Assembly: GCA_963796105.1 (NCBI GenBank)
Contig: CAWCKJ010000011.1
Coordinates: forward strand, 1 to 64,000
Direction of reading: 5' to 3'
Length of the DNA stretch: 64,000 bases
From: a candidate division FCPU426 bacterium
GTDB lineage: Bacteria > Oederibacteriota > Muellerivitia > Muellerivitales > Muellerivitaceae
Shown: one piece after another, positions 10,808 to 20,523 of the stretch
Numbering within the stretch: position 1 is the first letter of the stretch
How the letters are laid out: each line of letters begins with the position of its first letter
Notes under the pieces: generated by a model
Database searches by the model: none
Told to the model about the DNA's origin: nothing
The model's input: only the letters and a program-made list of their open reading frames with translations
Translations under genes and position numbers: made by a program

Positions 10808-13800
10808 TCACCTAATAAAAATGACTCTTTTGGTTTTTCGGTCCATGGGTTCAGTGAGGTAGAAGAGGTAAACCCCGCTGGCGCAGGTGTCCCCGTACTT
10901 GTTCGTCCCGTCCCAGTAGTAGCTTTTCTCGTAAGGCGCCTCCAGGAATCGGCTGTCCAGCGTCTTGATGTGCTCCCCCGCCGAGTTGTAAATGTTCAGC
11001 TCAAATGGACCCGGATATTGGGTCGTTCCCACAAATATTGACACCGGGTCTCCCCCTCCCTTGAACACGTTCTTCGTCACCGTGAAGTAATCAACCGTCG
11101 GCGTCCAAGTCGGCACCTGCGTGACGGAGGATGTCGCGGTGGGTGTGGGAGTAACCGTGGGTGTGGATGTCCAGGTAGGAGTATCGGTGATCGTCGGTGT
11201 CGAAGTGGGAGTAGATGTGAGGGTGAATGTGGACGTCGGGGTTGAGGTTGAGGTGAAGGTATTGGTGGGGGTTTTGGTGAATGTCAGTGTAGCCGTGTCC
11301 GTCGGGGTGTTGGTGGGGGTGGCCGTGTTGGTGGAAGTCCAGGTATTCGTGGCGGTAAAGGTGGATGTCGAAGTATAGGTCTGCGTGGGACTGTTCGTGG
11401 CAGTCGGGGTATTAGTGGAAGTGTAAGTATTTGTAGGTGTGTTGGTGTTAGTCGCAGTGTTCGTGTCTGTGGGGGTGTTAGTTGAGGTGGGGGTAAAGGT
11501 CTGCGTCGGCGTGTTGGTAGGGGTTGATGTGTTTGTGGCCGTAAAGGTGGATGTCGAAGTATAGGTCTGCGTAGGACTGTTCGTGGCTGTCGGGGTGTTG
11601 GTGGCGGTATATGTGTAGGTTTGCGTCGGAGTGTCCGTAGCCGTGTAAGTCTCTGTCGGGGTGGTAGTCGGCGTGGGCGAAAGGGTATCTGTTGGAGTGG
11701 AAGTCGGCGTATAAGTGAAAACAGGCGTATCGGTGGACGTGTCAGTGGATGTAGGAGTCTGGGTCATAGTTGGCGTAGGTGTCCATGTCGGGGTTGGAGT
11801 GTTTGTGGAAGTAAAGGTAGCGGTGTCGGTAGAAGTGTCGGTGGGTGTAGAGGTATCCGTTGGAGTGTAGCTGAATGTCGAAGTAAACATGGGAGTGTAG
11901 GTCCAGGTCGGCGTCGGGGTGGGGGTATCAGTCATTGTCGGTGTCGGGGTATAGCTCGCTGTATCCGTGGCAGTTAATGTGGCAGTGTCGGTTGGGGTGG
12001 CGGTAGGAGTGTAAGTATTAGTCGCCGTGGACGTGGACGTCGGGGTATTCGTAGAAGTTGGCGTAGCCGTAAATGTGGGCGTATTGGTTGGGGTATTAGT
12101 GGGTGATTGGGTTCCTGTCGGGCTAGATGTCGGGGTCGGTGTGACGGTAGGGGTATTCGTGGGAGTCGGCGTGGGGGTTGATGTGGAGGTGTTGGTAGCT
12201 GTTGGCGTAGGAGTTCTCGTCGGGGTACTGGTGGGGGTAAAAGTTGATGTCGCAGTCGAGGTATAGGTGGGCGTTGCCGTTGGGGTTGAAGTGGAGGTGT
12301 TTGTGGGGGTGTTGCTGGGCGTAAATGTAGGGGTAACAGAAGGGGTATTCGTGGGAGTTGGGGTAAAGGTACGCGTGGGAGTAATTGTCGGGGTATTCGT
12401 CGGGGACTGGGTCCCCGTCGGGCTGTTCGTGGGAGTTGGGGTAATCGTGGGTGTAGGAGTCGATGTCGCTGTGGGGGTTGATGTGGAGGTATTGGTAGCT
12501 GTTGGGGTAGGCGTCCTCGTGGGAGTACTGGTTGACGTATAGGTTGGCGTTGATGTTGAGGTATTAGTGGGAGTCGCTGTCGGAGTCATCGTGGAAGTAT
12601 TCGTAGGGGTGGGAGTAGATGTTCTCGTCGGGGTAGATGTAGGCGTGGGTGTGGGGGTTTGTGTCGGCGTATTGGTGGATGTTGGGGTAGGGGTCACAGT
12701 CGGGGTATTCGTGGGGGTAGGTGTTGAGGTTTTGGTAGGGGTAATGGTCGGAGTGTTCGTAGGTGACTGGGTCCCAGTCGGGCTGCTCGTGGGAGTCGGA
12801 GTAATAGTAGGCGTAAGAGTCGATGTCGGGGTTGGGGTGGTGGTAGGCGTATAAGTCCTGGTAGGAGTAGGTGTGGAAGTCGAGGTATTGGTGGGTGTCG
12901 CTGTCGGGGTCAGGGTGGGTGTTGAGGTTGGCGTAGGGGTAGGTGTCCTGGTGGGCGTATTAGTCGGAGTAGCAGAAGGTGTTGAGGTTAAGGTGGAAGT
13001 AGGTGTCGCAGTTGGAGTCATAGTAGGGGTGTTCGTCGGCGTTGGGCTTGGGGTCCTCGTCGGGGTGGAAGTCGGCGTGGAAGTCAGTGTCATGGTGGGT
13101 GTTGGGGTAGGAGTGGACGTGGGCGTCATAGTGGGGGTAGGAGTTGCGCTGGGAGTAGGGGTCCTCGTTGGGGTGGAAGTCGGAGTGGATGTCGGTGTAA
13201 CTGTCGGAGTATTAGTGGGTGTTGGAGTAGGTGTCCTGGTCGGGGTAATGGTAGGTGTATTCGTTGGCGACTGGGTCCCCGTTGGGCTTGGGGTTGGAGT
13301 GGGAGTAATGGTAGGGGTGGAAGTATTAGTCGGCGTTCTGGTTGGGGTGCTTGTCGGTGTAGGCGTGGGAGTCATAGTGGGTGTTGGGCTGGGAGTAGAC
13401 GTTGGCGTATTCGTTGGGGTTGGGGTGGGCGTCCTGGTGGGTGTGGAAGTAGGGCTCGGAGTAGGTGTGGTCGTGGGAGTTGGGGTCGGCGTATTCGTGG
13501 GAGTCGGGGTGGGTGTCCTGGTCGGGGTAGGAGAAGAGGTGGTTGTTGGTGTTGGCGTTGGTGTGGAAGTGGGGGTGGGGGTAGTTGTCGGAGTGGGAGT
13601 AGGCGTGCGAGTGGGAGTAGGGGTTGGAGTATTGGTTGGCGTGGGAGTAGGAGTTGCCGTCGGGCTGGGAGTGGGGGTCCTGGTAGGCGAATTCGTGGGA
13701 GTTTGGGTGGGGGTAGGGGTTGGTGAATTCGTCATGGTATTGATGTGTGAGTTGGTTGGAGTGGGTGTTGAGGTGCGAGTGGGAGAAGGAGTGGGAGTGC

Positions 13801-15766
13801 TGGTTGGAGTCAAAGTGGCTGTATTGGTCGGGGTGGGCGTCCTGGTGGGGGTGGATGTGGGGCTATTGGTAGGTGTTGCCGTCTGAGTATTAGTGGGACT
13901 GTTAGTGGGGGTATTGGTACGGGTGGGGCTAGGAGTCGGCGAAATCGTGGGGGTAGGTGTCGATGAATTCGTCATGGTATTGGTGGGTGAGTTGGTTGGA
14001 ATGGGTGTTGAGGTGCGAGTGGGAGAAGGAGTGGGAGTGCTGGTTGGAGTCAAAGTGGCCGTATTGGTGGGTGTAGGGGTAGGTGTTCTGGTTGAGGTAA
14101 AAGTAGGGCTATTGGTAGGCGTGGCCGTCTGAGTATTAGTGGGACTGTTAGTGGGGGTATTGGTACGGGTGGGGCTAGGAGTCGGCGAAACCGTGGGGGT
14201 CGGTGTTGGGGTTGGTGTTGTTGTCCTAGTGGGTGTAGGCGTTGGTGTCACCGTGGGGGTGGGGGTAGGAGAAACCGTATTCGTCGGGCTGAGTGTCGGA
14301 GTCCTGGTTGGTGAATTCGTGGGAGTGGGTGTTTGGGTAGGAGTCGGGGTATTCGTTCGGGTGGGGGTGAAAGTGGGTGTGGACGTAAATGTGTAGGTGT
14401 AAGTATAGGTGGAGGTGTTGGTAAAAGTGGGTGTCGACTTGGTTGGGGTATATGTAAATGTTGAAGTAGGAGTTTGAGTATAGGTAAATGTTGCCGTGAA
14501 GGGGGTGCAAGGGATGGTGGCCATAACGGTGTTGGAAGTAACACTTCCTCCGTTCCAGTAAGAGTTGGCGATATTCGTAACCGATCCGCAGGTGGCTGGA
14601 TTGAGATAAGCCCAGCTGATATAACCAATTGTGACGGCAGTGCAGTTTCCGTCCCCCGGAAAATTTTCGTAAATCCAAGTGCTTGCGCTGGTTGAGGCTG
14701 TTTGGCATATCCAGGTAAGAGGATCGCCCGGGTTCGCTGCCCAGGGACAGGTGTTGACGAATTGTGTGGCTGTTCCCCCAGGTGGGTATTGCCCAACATA
14801 ATATTCAAGGAAGCCCATACTTGCAGGAGCGGAACTGAGTGAATCCACCAATGTGACCGGGCCGGTGGCCGGTCGGCCATAATTGCAAATTTTCAATGCA
14901 AAAGTAACCCCCCAATCATTAGTCGCGAAGGTTGCAGGAGCGCTGATCAAGGATTTAGTGATCGTCATACTTACCGGGCCTAAGGTCGGTTGGGGCGCCG
15001 GTATGGTAGTCGCGTCCCGCACATAAATAATCCCGCAGCTTCCCACACTCGGGCAGATCGCAGTGGAGCTGGGTGGAATGGGAAGCCCAGTTAGCGGGTC
15101 TTGAATTTTCCCAACCCACGTAGAACAGGTCTCCGCCATAGATGTGACGGTGAAGGGTGTACTGCCGGGATTATAGTTTGTAGCATACCAGTTATTACCA
15201 CTACCGTCTTTTGGCGGACCGGGGTCGGCGCCGCAGCTTCCGCCATAATTGGCTTGGTAATAAATCAGAGGTTCTACTGACCCATTCGTTAGGTAAGAAT
15301 GTTCCCCGTTGCTACACCCGATATCCAGAGAATATGAAAAAGAGGTCTCGGGAGCAGCCGTATTGGTGACGGCCAAAGCCAGAATGATGCTTTGGCCCAT
15401 ATTGAAATCGCCGGATGGGATTGTAAAACAGTTGATCGAACAAGATTGGGTAGTGGAGTTTTGTCCTAAAGTGTTGCAATAGGTAGCCGTACCGAGGTCA
15501 AAACCATCAAACCAAACCTCGGCATTGTCGTCCACGGAAACACAAAGGGTGCCAGATGTCGGTGTACATTGGGCAATGCCTCTCGAAGGAAAAAGTAAAT
15601 GGATTCCAATTATTAATAAAACCGCAAGATAGACCCTCGAAGGGATCGAATCATACCAAAAGAAAATTTTTTTACAGCCATTGGATTTCAAACCATTTAC
15701 TGATCGCATTTCAATTCCACTGTGAACCGGTTTCATTCTTCGTGTAGGAAAAATGGAATAAATCAC
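10808..15766 (-). CDS. Mucin-like secreted protein B (up to 1652 aa; start may be ATG 15736 or 15709)
   Basis: Signal segment ending RGIA-Q; head [23 protein letters not shown]-x stalk; same tail domain, YEKSYYWDG variant. Confidence 0.9.
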   Translation of the reverse strand: MIYSIFPTRRMKPVHSGIEMRSVNGLKSNGCKKIFFWYDSIPSRVYLAVLLIIGIHLLFPSRGIAQCTPTSGTLCVSVDDNAEVWFDGFDLGTATYCNTLGQNSTTQSCSINCFTIPSGDFNMGQSIILALAVTNTAAPETSFSYSLDIGCSNGEHSYLTNGSVEPLIYYQANYGGSCGADPGPPKDGSGNNWYATNYNPGSTPFTVTSMAETCSTWVGKIQDPLTGLPIPPSSTAICPSVGSCGIIYVRDATTIPAPQPTLGPVSMTITKSLISAPATFATNDWGVTFALKICNYGRPATGPVTLVDSLSSAPASMGFLEYYVGQYPPGGTATQFVNTCPWAANPGDPLTWICQTASTSASTWIYENFPGDGNCTAVTIGYISWAYLNPATCGSVTNIANSYWNGGSVTSNTVMATIPCTPFTATFTYTQTPTSTFTYTPTKSTPTFTNTSTYTYTYTFTSTPTFTPTRTNTPTPTQTPTPTNSPTRTPTLSPTNTVSPTPTPTVTPTPTPTRTTTPTPTPTPTVSPTPSPTRTNTPTNSPTNTQTATPTNSPTFTSTRTPTPTPTNTATLTPTSTPTPSPTRTSTPIPTNSPTNTMTNSSTPTPTISPTPSPTRTNTPTNSPTNTQTATPTNSPTSTPTRTPTPTNTATLTPTSTPTPSPTRTSTPTPTNSHINTMTNSPTPTPTQTPTNSPTRTPTPSPTATPTPTPTNTPTPTPTRTPTPTPTTTPTPTSTPTPTPTTTSSPTPTRTPTPTPTNTPTPTPTTTPTPSPTSTPTRTPTPTPTNTPTSTPSPTPTMTPTPTPTSTPTRTPTNTSTPTITPTPTPSPTGTQSPTNTPTITPTRTPTPTPTNTPTVTPTSTPTSTPTRTPTPSATPTPTMTPTSTPTPTPTMTLTSTPTSTPTRTPSPTPTNTPTMTPTATPTSTLTSTPSATPTNTPTRTPTPTPTSTPTLTPTATPTNTSTSTPTPTRTYTPTTTPTPTSTLTPTITPTPTSSPTGTQSPTNTPTITPTKTSTPTPTNTPTVTPTPTSTNTPTQTPTPTPTSTPTRTSTPTPTNTSTMTPTATPTNTSTSTPTYTSTSTPTRTPTPTATNTSTSTPTATSTPTPTITPTPTNSPTGTQSPTNTPTITPTRTFTPTPTNTPSVTPTFTPSNTPTNTSTSTPTATPTYTSTATSTFTPTSTPTRTPTPTATNTSTSTPTPTPTNTPTVTPTPTSSPTGTQSPTNTPTNTPTFTATPTSTNTPTSTSTATNTYTPTATPTDTATLTATDTASYTPTPTMTDTPTPTPTWTYTPMFTSTFSYTPTDTSTPTDTSTDTATFTSTNTPTPTWTPTPTMTQTPTSTDTSTDTPVFTYTPTSTPTDTLSPTPTTTPTETYTATDTPTQTYTYTATNTPTATNSPTQTYTSTSTFTATNTSTPTNTPTQTFTPTSTNTPTDTNTATNTNTPTNTYTSTNTPTATNSPTQTYTSTSTFTATNTWTSTNTATPTNTPTDTATLTFTKTPTNTFTSTSTPTSTFTLTSTPTSTPTITDTPTWTSTPTVTPTPTATSSVTQVPTWTPTVDYFTVTKNVFKGGGDPVSIFVGTTQYPGPFELNIYNSAGEHIKTLDSRFLEAPYEKSYYWDGTNKYGDTCASGVYLFYLTEPMDRKTKRVIFIR

Positions 15767-15955
15767 ATTTGTTTACCCATTGATTAATTTTCGTATTATT
15801 AAAACGTTTTTATAAGGGAACTTTACCACTCTTTTTTATAATCTAAAAGACAAGAAAACCCTTTCAAAAGCTTATTTCCCTTTATTTTTAGCAATCAAAT
15901 TAAATTTATCGGGCCATAAATCATAAAATGCTTTTTACCAAACAAAGGCAGGTTT
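15767..15955. promoter_or_regulatory. AT-rich divergent intergenic region between mucin gene B and the glycosyltransferase pair
   Basis: Head-to-head starts and strongly AT-rich sequence; no specific promoter boxes assigned. Confidence 0.45.
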
Positions 15956-18361
15956 ATGCCTTCAAACCAGAATGACAATACAAGAAGAGTGGAAAAAGGG
16001 ATTACCATTTCATCTGCTGAAACACTTCATTCCAAATCTGAAAATTCCAATCTTTTTTCGAATATCTTTTCCAAGAGTCCCAAGCTCTGGGCAACAGCGA
16101 TTTTGGCTTTTGCTGTTTTAACGCTCTTCGGAAGGGCCCTATTCTCCCAGGGTATTCTTATTTCCTCCGCTGACGGGGACCTGGCAAATCAATTCTGCTC
16201 CTGGCGAGATTTCGGATTTTCCGAACTCAGAAAAGGACACTTGGCTTTTTGGAACCCATATATCTATTGTGGGGCCCCCTTCTTTGCAGGTTTCCAATCC
16301 GCCCTCTTGTATCCCCCAAACTGGTTTTTCATGCTGTTTCCCCTCACCTTCGCCTTGAATTTTTCCATAGTTCTTCACGTCTTCCTCGCTGGATTCTTCA
16401 TGTGCCTCTGGCTGGCTAGGAGTCATTTTCGTTTCATCTCCTGCTTGTTCGGATCCATTGCCTTCATGTTTGGCGGCGCTTTCTTCTCTCACGTTTATCC
16501 GGGTCACTTGACCAACCTCTGCACCATGGCTTGGATTCCACTAGTCTTTCTCATGTTGGATGGTCATTTGAAGTCCCCTTCCCCAAAGTGGATCCTAGGC
16601 GGGGCAGCTGTCCTGTCCATGCAACTTTTAGCCGGGCACGCCCAATATTTCATTTACACTTTGTTCTTCGCTGGAATCTATGCGCTTAGCTTGGTCTTCT
16701 TGGACCGGTCCCGATGGGTGTTGAAGGTTTTCGGGTGCCTGTCCATGGCGATTGGAAGCTTGGCCCTCACGGCAGCCCAATGGTTGCCCGGCCTATTGGC
16801 TTCGAAGGAAAGCCTGCGGGATGCGCCACCTACTTTAGAATTGCAACAATTTTTTTCCTTCCACCCCGTGAACCTGCTTACCCTGTTAGCTTCCGGTTTG
16901 AATGGAAATCCCCATCATTTTTCCAGTTGGGGTGAAAGCCGCATATGGTGGGAATCATCTCTTTTTATGGGATGTATCGCGATTCTCCTGGCTTTTTACG
17001 GATTAATCAAAAAACCGTCGGGGAAAAATTTAGTTTTAGCGGGCCTTGCTATTATTTCCCTGATTTTTGCCATGGGCTTCTACACCCCCATTTACCCAAT
17101 CCTTTACAATTGGGTTCCCCCTTTTAATTCTTTCCGGGGAAGTTTCAAATCCGTCATTTTCTTTCAACTGACTTTTTCATTTCTGGCTTCCTCCGGAATT
17201 CAAAACTGGTTTTCAGACCGGACTGACAAATCATGGCCTGCCTGGACGGCTTTTCTTTTTGGTTTTATCTTTCTGGCTGCTTGCATAAGCATCTACAAAG
17301 GTGCTGCTTTGAATGGCGCCACCGGGGTTCTCCAATTGAACAGCGCTATCCCCTTCCCACCCAATTCCCCCCAATTCCCTGCACAAAACGCGGCGGTACG
17401 GGTCGTTAACCTGGTCTCGGGTGTGGTATTCCTTTTTTGCTTCGGTCTTTTTTGGATTTTCTCACGTAAAAACCACGTTTTTAAAATTTTCTTGGTTTTC
17501 CTTGGCATGGCAAACCTTTGGTCTTTCGCCCATTCAAACCTCCGTTTTTTCAGCCAAAATATCCTGGAAAATGTGGAAACAACGGTTCAAAACGGAATGA
17601 ACCCCGATCCGGGGGAAAACAGGATTTATTGGATGGGCCACGATAATATCCCCATGTCTTTTCGGAAAAACGATATATGGGGGGACGATCCTTTTTTCCC
17701 GAAACGGTATGGCGCTTTCATCACCTACGGGGAAGGATCCGAATACGAAAAATTTAACCCGAGCCCTGCATATTCCCAACTACTGTTGTTGACTTCCTCA
17801 AAAATCAAGCTAACGCGTCTTTGCTATATTATTAAGGATGATCCAACGGGGTTTAAAGTCGAACCAGTACCCGGGCCTGTTCTTCCCCGCGCTTTTCTGC
17901 TCGACCGTTGGGAAAATGAATCCGATATTCCCCAGGCACTCATGAGCCTAAACCGGAAGGACTTCGATCCCGCCCGGGAAGTTCTTCTGGAAAAAACACC
18001 CTTTCCACCACCTATGGTTGAAAAAGGATCAGGTTCAGTGACCTTGAGAGATATTACGACCGATAAAATCGAAGTGGAGGCTCAAACCACCCATTCTCAA
18101 ATCCTTCTGGTGACGGACAATTACGCCCTTGGGTGGAAAGCTTTTGCCTGTCCCGACAGTTCCCAGCAAAAGTATGAAGTCATTCCCGGGGACGTCATCG
18201 CGAGGGCCATTCCTCTTTCCGCCGGAAAACACCATTTTTTCTTGACCTATGTCCCGCCGGGGTTTGAAACAGGGAAATGGATTTCAATAGTGGCTCTTCT
18301 GGTTTTTCTTGGATTTTTGGGTTGGGGTTGGGGAAAGAAGCAGGATCAACCTGCGGTTTAA
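15956..18361 (+). CDS. YfhO-family multi-TM membrane protein (GT-C fold glycosyltransferase)
   Basis: 801 aa with many TM segments; N-terminal D..Q..W...L..G..+WNPYIYCGAPF......ALLYP motif; C-terminal LLVTDNYALGWKA...RAIPLSAGKH...YVP plus terminal TM, as in YfhO proteins. Confidence 0.8.
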   Translation: MPSNQNDNTRRVEKGITISSAETLHSKSENSNLFSNIFSKSPKLWATAILAFAVLTLFGRALFSQGILISSADGDLANQFCSWRDFGFSELRKGHLAFWNPYIYCGAPFFAGFQSALLYPPNWFFMLFPLTFALNFSIVLHVFLAGFFMCLWLARSHFRFISCLFGSIAFMFGGAFFSHVYPGHLTNLCTMAWIPLVFLMLDGHLKSPSPKWILGGAAVLSMQLLAGHAQYFIYTLFFAGIYALSLVFLDRSRWVLKVFGCLSMAIGSLALTAAQWLPGLLASKESLRDAPPTLELQQFFSFHPVNLLTLLASGLNGNPHHFSSWGESRIWWESSLFMGCIAILLAFYGLIKKPSGKNLVLAGLAIISLIFAMGFYTPIYPILYNWVPPFNSFRGSFKSVIFFQLTFSFLASSGIQNWFSDRTDKSWPAWTAFLFGFIFLAACISIYKGAALNGATGVLQLNSAIPFPPNSPQFPAQNAAVRVVNLVSGVVFLFCFGLFWIFSRKNHVFKIFLVFLGMANLWSFAHSNLRFFSQNILENVETTVQNGMNPDPGENRIYWMGHDNIPMSFRKNDIWGDDPFFPKRYGAFITYGEGSEYEKFNPSPAYSQLLLLTSSKIKLTRLCYIIKDDPTGFKVEPVPGPVLPRAFLLDRWENESDIPQALMSLNRKDFDPAREVLLEKTPFPPPMVEKGSGSVTLRDITTDKIEVEAQTTHSQILLVTDNYALGWKAFACPDSSQQKYEVIPGDVIARAIPLSAGKHHFFLTYVPPGFETGKWISIVALLVFLGFLGWGWGKKQDQPAV

Positions 18362-18450
18362 CATGATTAGGCTTTCCTCAATACCCATAGATTTTCCTGT
18401 TATGCTTTCAATAGGTTAATAATTCTTAACTAGTCAATTCAGGAGCTGCT

Positions 18451-20499
18451 TTGAGCGACCATTCCAAAAACCTTTTGACAGGAGCCCTGTTTTTCCTTTT
18501 TTGCTTCGCCCTGTATGTTCATGGTTTGAATCCCACCTTCTATATGGATGACAGTTCGGAAATCATTACCGTTTCCTCTGGTCTCGGCATCGCCCATCCC
18601 CCCGGTTACCCCCTTTACATCCTATTGGGCCATCTTTTCTCCCTGCTTTCACTTGGCGGAATTTTCCTGCGGGTCAACCTGCTTTCATCTGTCCAAGGTG
18701 CTTTATGCTGTTTTTTCCTTTATCGGCTCCTCCGAGGCCCATTCAAATTGAATCCATCCCTCAGTTTATGCTTTGCCCTGCTTTGGATGGCTGGAGACAC
18801 GGCATACCCAGGCTCCCTGAGCGCAAAGAACGGAATCTATATCATGACCGCCCTTTTCTACCTGATCGTAACAATGGCCCTTTTGCGCGGCCGAGCCGGC
18901 CTGGCTTTTTTCCTTTTCGGACTGTCTCTGACCAACCATTTGATGAGCATGTTCCCCTTTGCGCCGGGACTTATCTACCTGGCTTGGTCCCTTTTCCGCC
19001 AGAAGAAAACGTCCGCCAAGGAACTCCTGCGGAGCATTTCATTCGCTATTCTCGCCTTGTCCCTCTACCTATATCTCCCGATCCGTTCCTCCCAGGAACC
19101 CCTCGTCAACTGGGGCCATCCGGTGAATCTCATGAACTTTCTCCGCCACTTGAGCAGATATATCTATAAAAACAGGGATTTTTCATGGGATTTTTTTCTT
19201 TGGGCCCGCGAGGGAATCTTCTATTTCAAATCCGCTTTTATCGAGTTCCGGGGAGTGGGGCTCCTGGCCCTGTTAGGCGCCGTGGTCGGATGGAAAAGCC
19301 TCCGCCGGCCGAGCCTTGCCTTCCTATTAGGATGGCCGGGACTATTCGCGGCGGTTTGCGCGTACTCGAAATACGCCAGCCAGAGATCTTACTTGATGCA
19401 AAATTATTCCATCGCATCCTTTGTGCTGATCCCGATATTTGCCGCCTTGGGATTTCGATTTCTCGCTTCCCTCCTAGAAAATAGACTCCCGAGATTAGGT
19501 TCCGCTTTACCTCTCGCCGCCTGGGGACTGGTGCTGGGGCTGGTAGCGGTCAACATCAGCCAGGGAAGCCAAGCCTATTACACCTATAGTTATGACTACG
19601 TCTTAAACGCTTGGAAGACGATCCCCACCGGGGGCCTTTTCTTCTGCAAAGGGGACGTATTGGATTTCCCAAGCTGGTACCACCAAATGGTAGGCGGCAA
19701 AAGACCAGATATCGCGGTTATGGGGGAAGGCAGTTTATCCATGGATTGGTACAGGATTTTCCTGGCCAGAACCCACCCCGGATTGCTGGTCCCTTATCCT
19801 AAACATGAGGCCGGAAAGGAATATATTACCGGGCACCTGATGCGATGGATGGTGGAAAAGAATCCGAACGCGAGGTATTTCTTCGCCTATCCCAACCTGG
19901 AGGAGGATGGTTTGGATAATTTGACCCTTACACCCGACGGCGTGGTGCAGGAAGCTTATTCTTCCCCCACTCACCCTCCGTTCGACGCCATCAAAGCAGA
20001 CAAGCTTTGGGAAACCCTTCGTTTGAGGCATTATGGAAAACCAGATAATTCCTTGGACGATGTCTCTTGGAATGTTTTTTTAAAGGATCTTGGGACTTCG
20101 CGGTTATGGACGGCGTCCGCTGAATTAAAGCAAGCCTCGGACCTAAAAAGTCATTCCGACGGTAAATCCGATTCTCCCGCTATGCTTAAATCTAATAAAC
20201 TCTATAATCAAGCAATCTCGCACTTATTGTGGATCCAAGCCTTTGATCCGAAAAATCCCCAACACGCGCTCAATCTCGGTGTGGTTTACTACCAAATAAA
20301 AGACACTTCGAATGCGGCCTATTGGTTTGAGAAATCAACCCTGATTGACCCTAAATTTGCGGAAGGTTATTACTACTCGGGAATATTAGCTTTCCAATCC
20401 GGCAACACAGAAAAAGCCCGGATGTTTCTCGCCAAATCCCTCGAATTGAAACCTGACCATGCGTTAGCCCGCCAAGCGCTTCAATACCTTAGTCGTTAA
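18451..20499 (+). CDS. DUF2723 (TMEM260-like) membrane glycosyltransferase with C-terminal TPR repeats
   Basis: Signature PTFYMDDSSE...LGIAHPPGYPLYILLGHLF, GLSLTNH, LYLYLPIRS...NWG, GDVLDFP..Y...RPD; TPR-like C-terminus (HALNLGVVYYQ, YYYSGILAFQ...SLELKP). Confidence 0.85.
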   Translation: MSDHSKNLLTGALFFLFCFALYVHGLNPTFYMDDSSEIITVSSGLGIAHPPGYPLYILLGHLFSLLSLGGIFLRVNLLSSVQGALCCFFLYRLLRGPFKLNPSLSLCFALLWMAGDTAYPGSLSAKNGIYIMTALFYLIVTMALLRGRAGLAFFLFGLSLTNHLMSMFPFAPGLIYLAWSLFRQKKTSAKELLRSISFAILALSLYLYLPIRSSQEPLVNWGHPVNLMNFLRHLSRYIYKNRDFSWDFFLWAREGIFYFKSAFIEFRGVGLLALLGAVVGWKSLRRPSLAFLLGWPGLFAAVCAYSKYASQRSYLMQNYSIASFVLIPIFAALGFRFLASLLENRLPRLGSALPLAAWGLVLGLVAVNISQGSQAYYTYSYDYVLNAWKTIPTGGLFFCKGDVLDFPSWYHQMVGGKRPDIAVMGEGSLSMDWYRIFLARTHPGLLVPYPKHEAGKEYITGHLMRWMVEKNPNARYFFAYPNLEEDGLDNLTLTPDGVVQEAYSSPTHPPFDAIKADKLWETLRLRHYGKPDNSLDDVSWNVFLKDLGTSRLWTASAELKQASDLKSHSDGKSDSPAMLKSNKLYNQAISHLLWIQAFDPKNPQHALNLGVVYYQIKDTSNAAYWFEKSTLIDPKFAEGYYYSGILAFQSGNTEKARMFLAKSLELKPDHALARQALQYLSR

Positions 20500-20523
20500 A
20501 TTCCTATAACAATTTTATTTATC

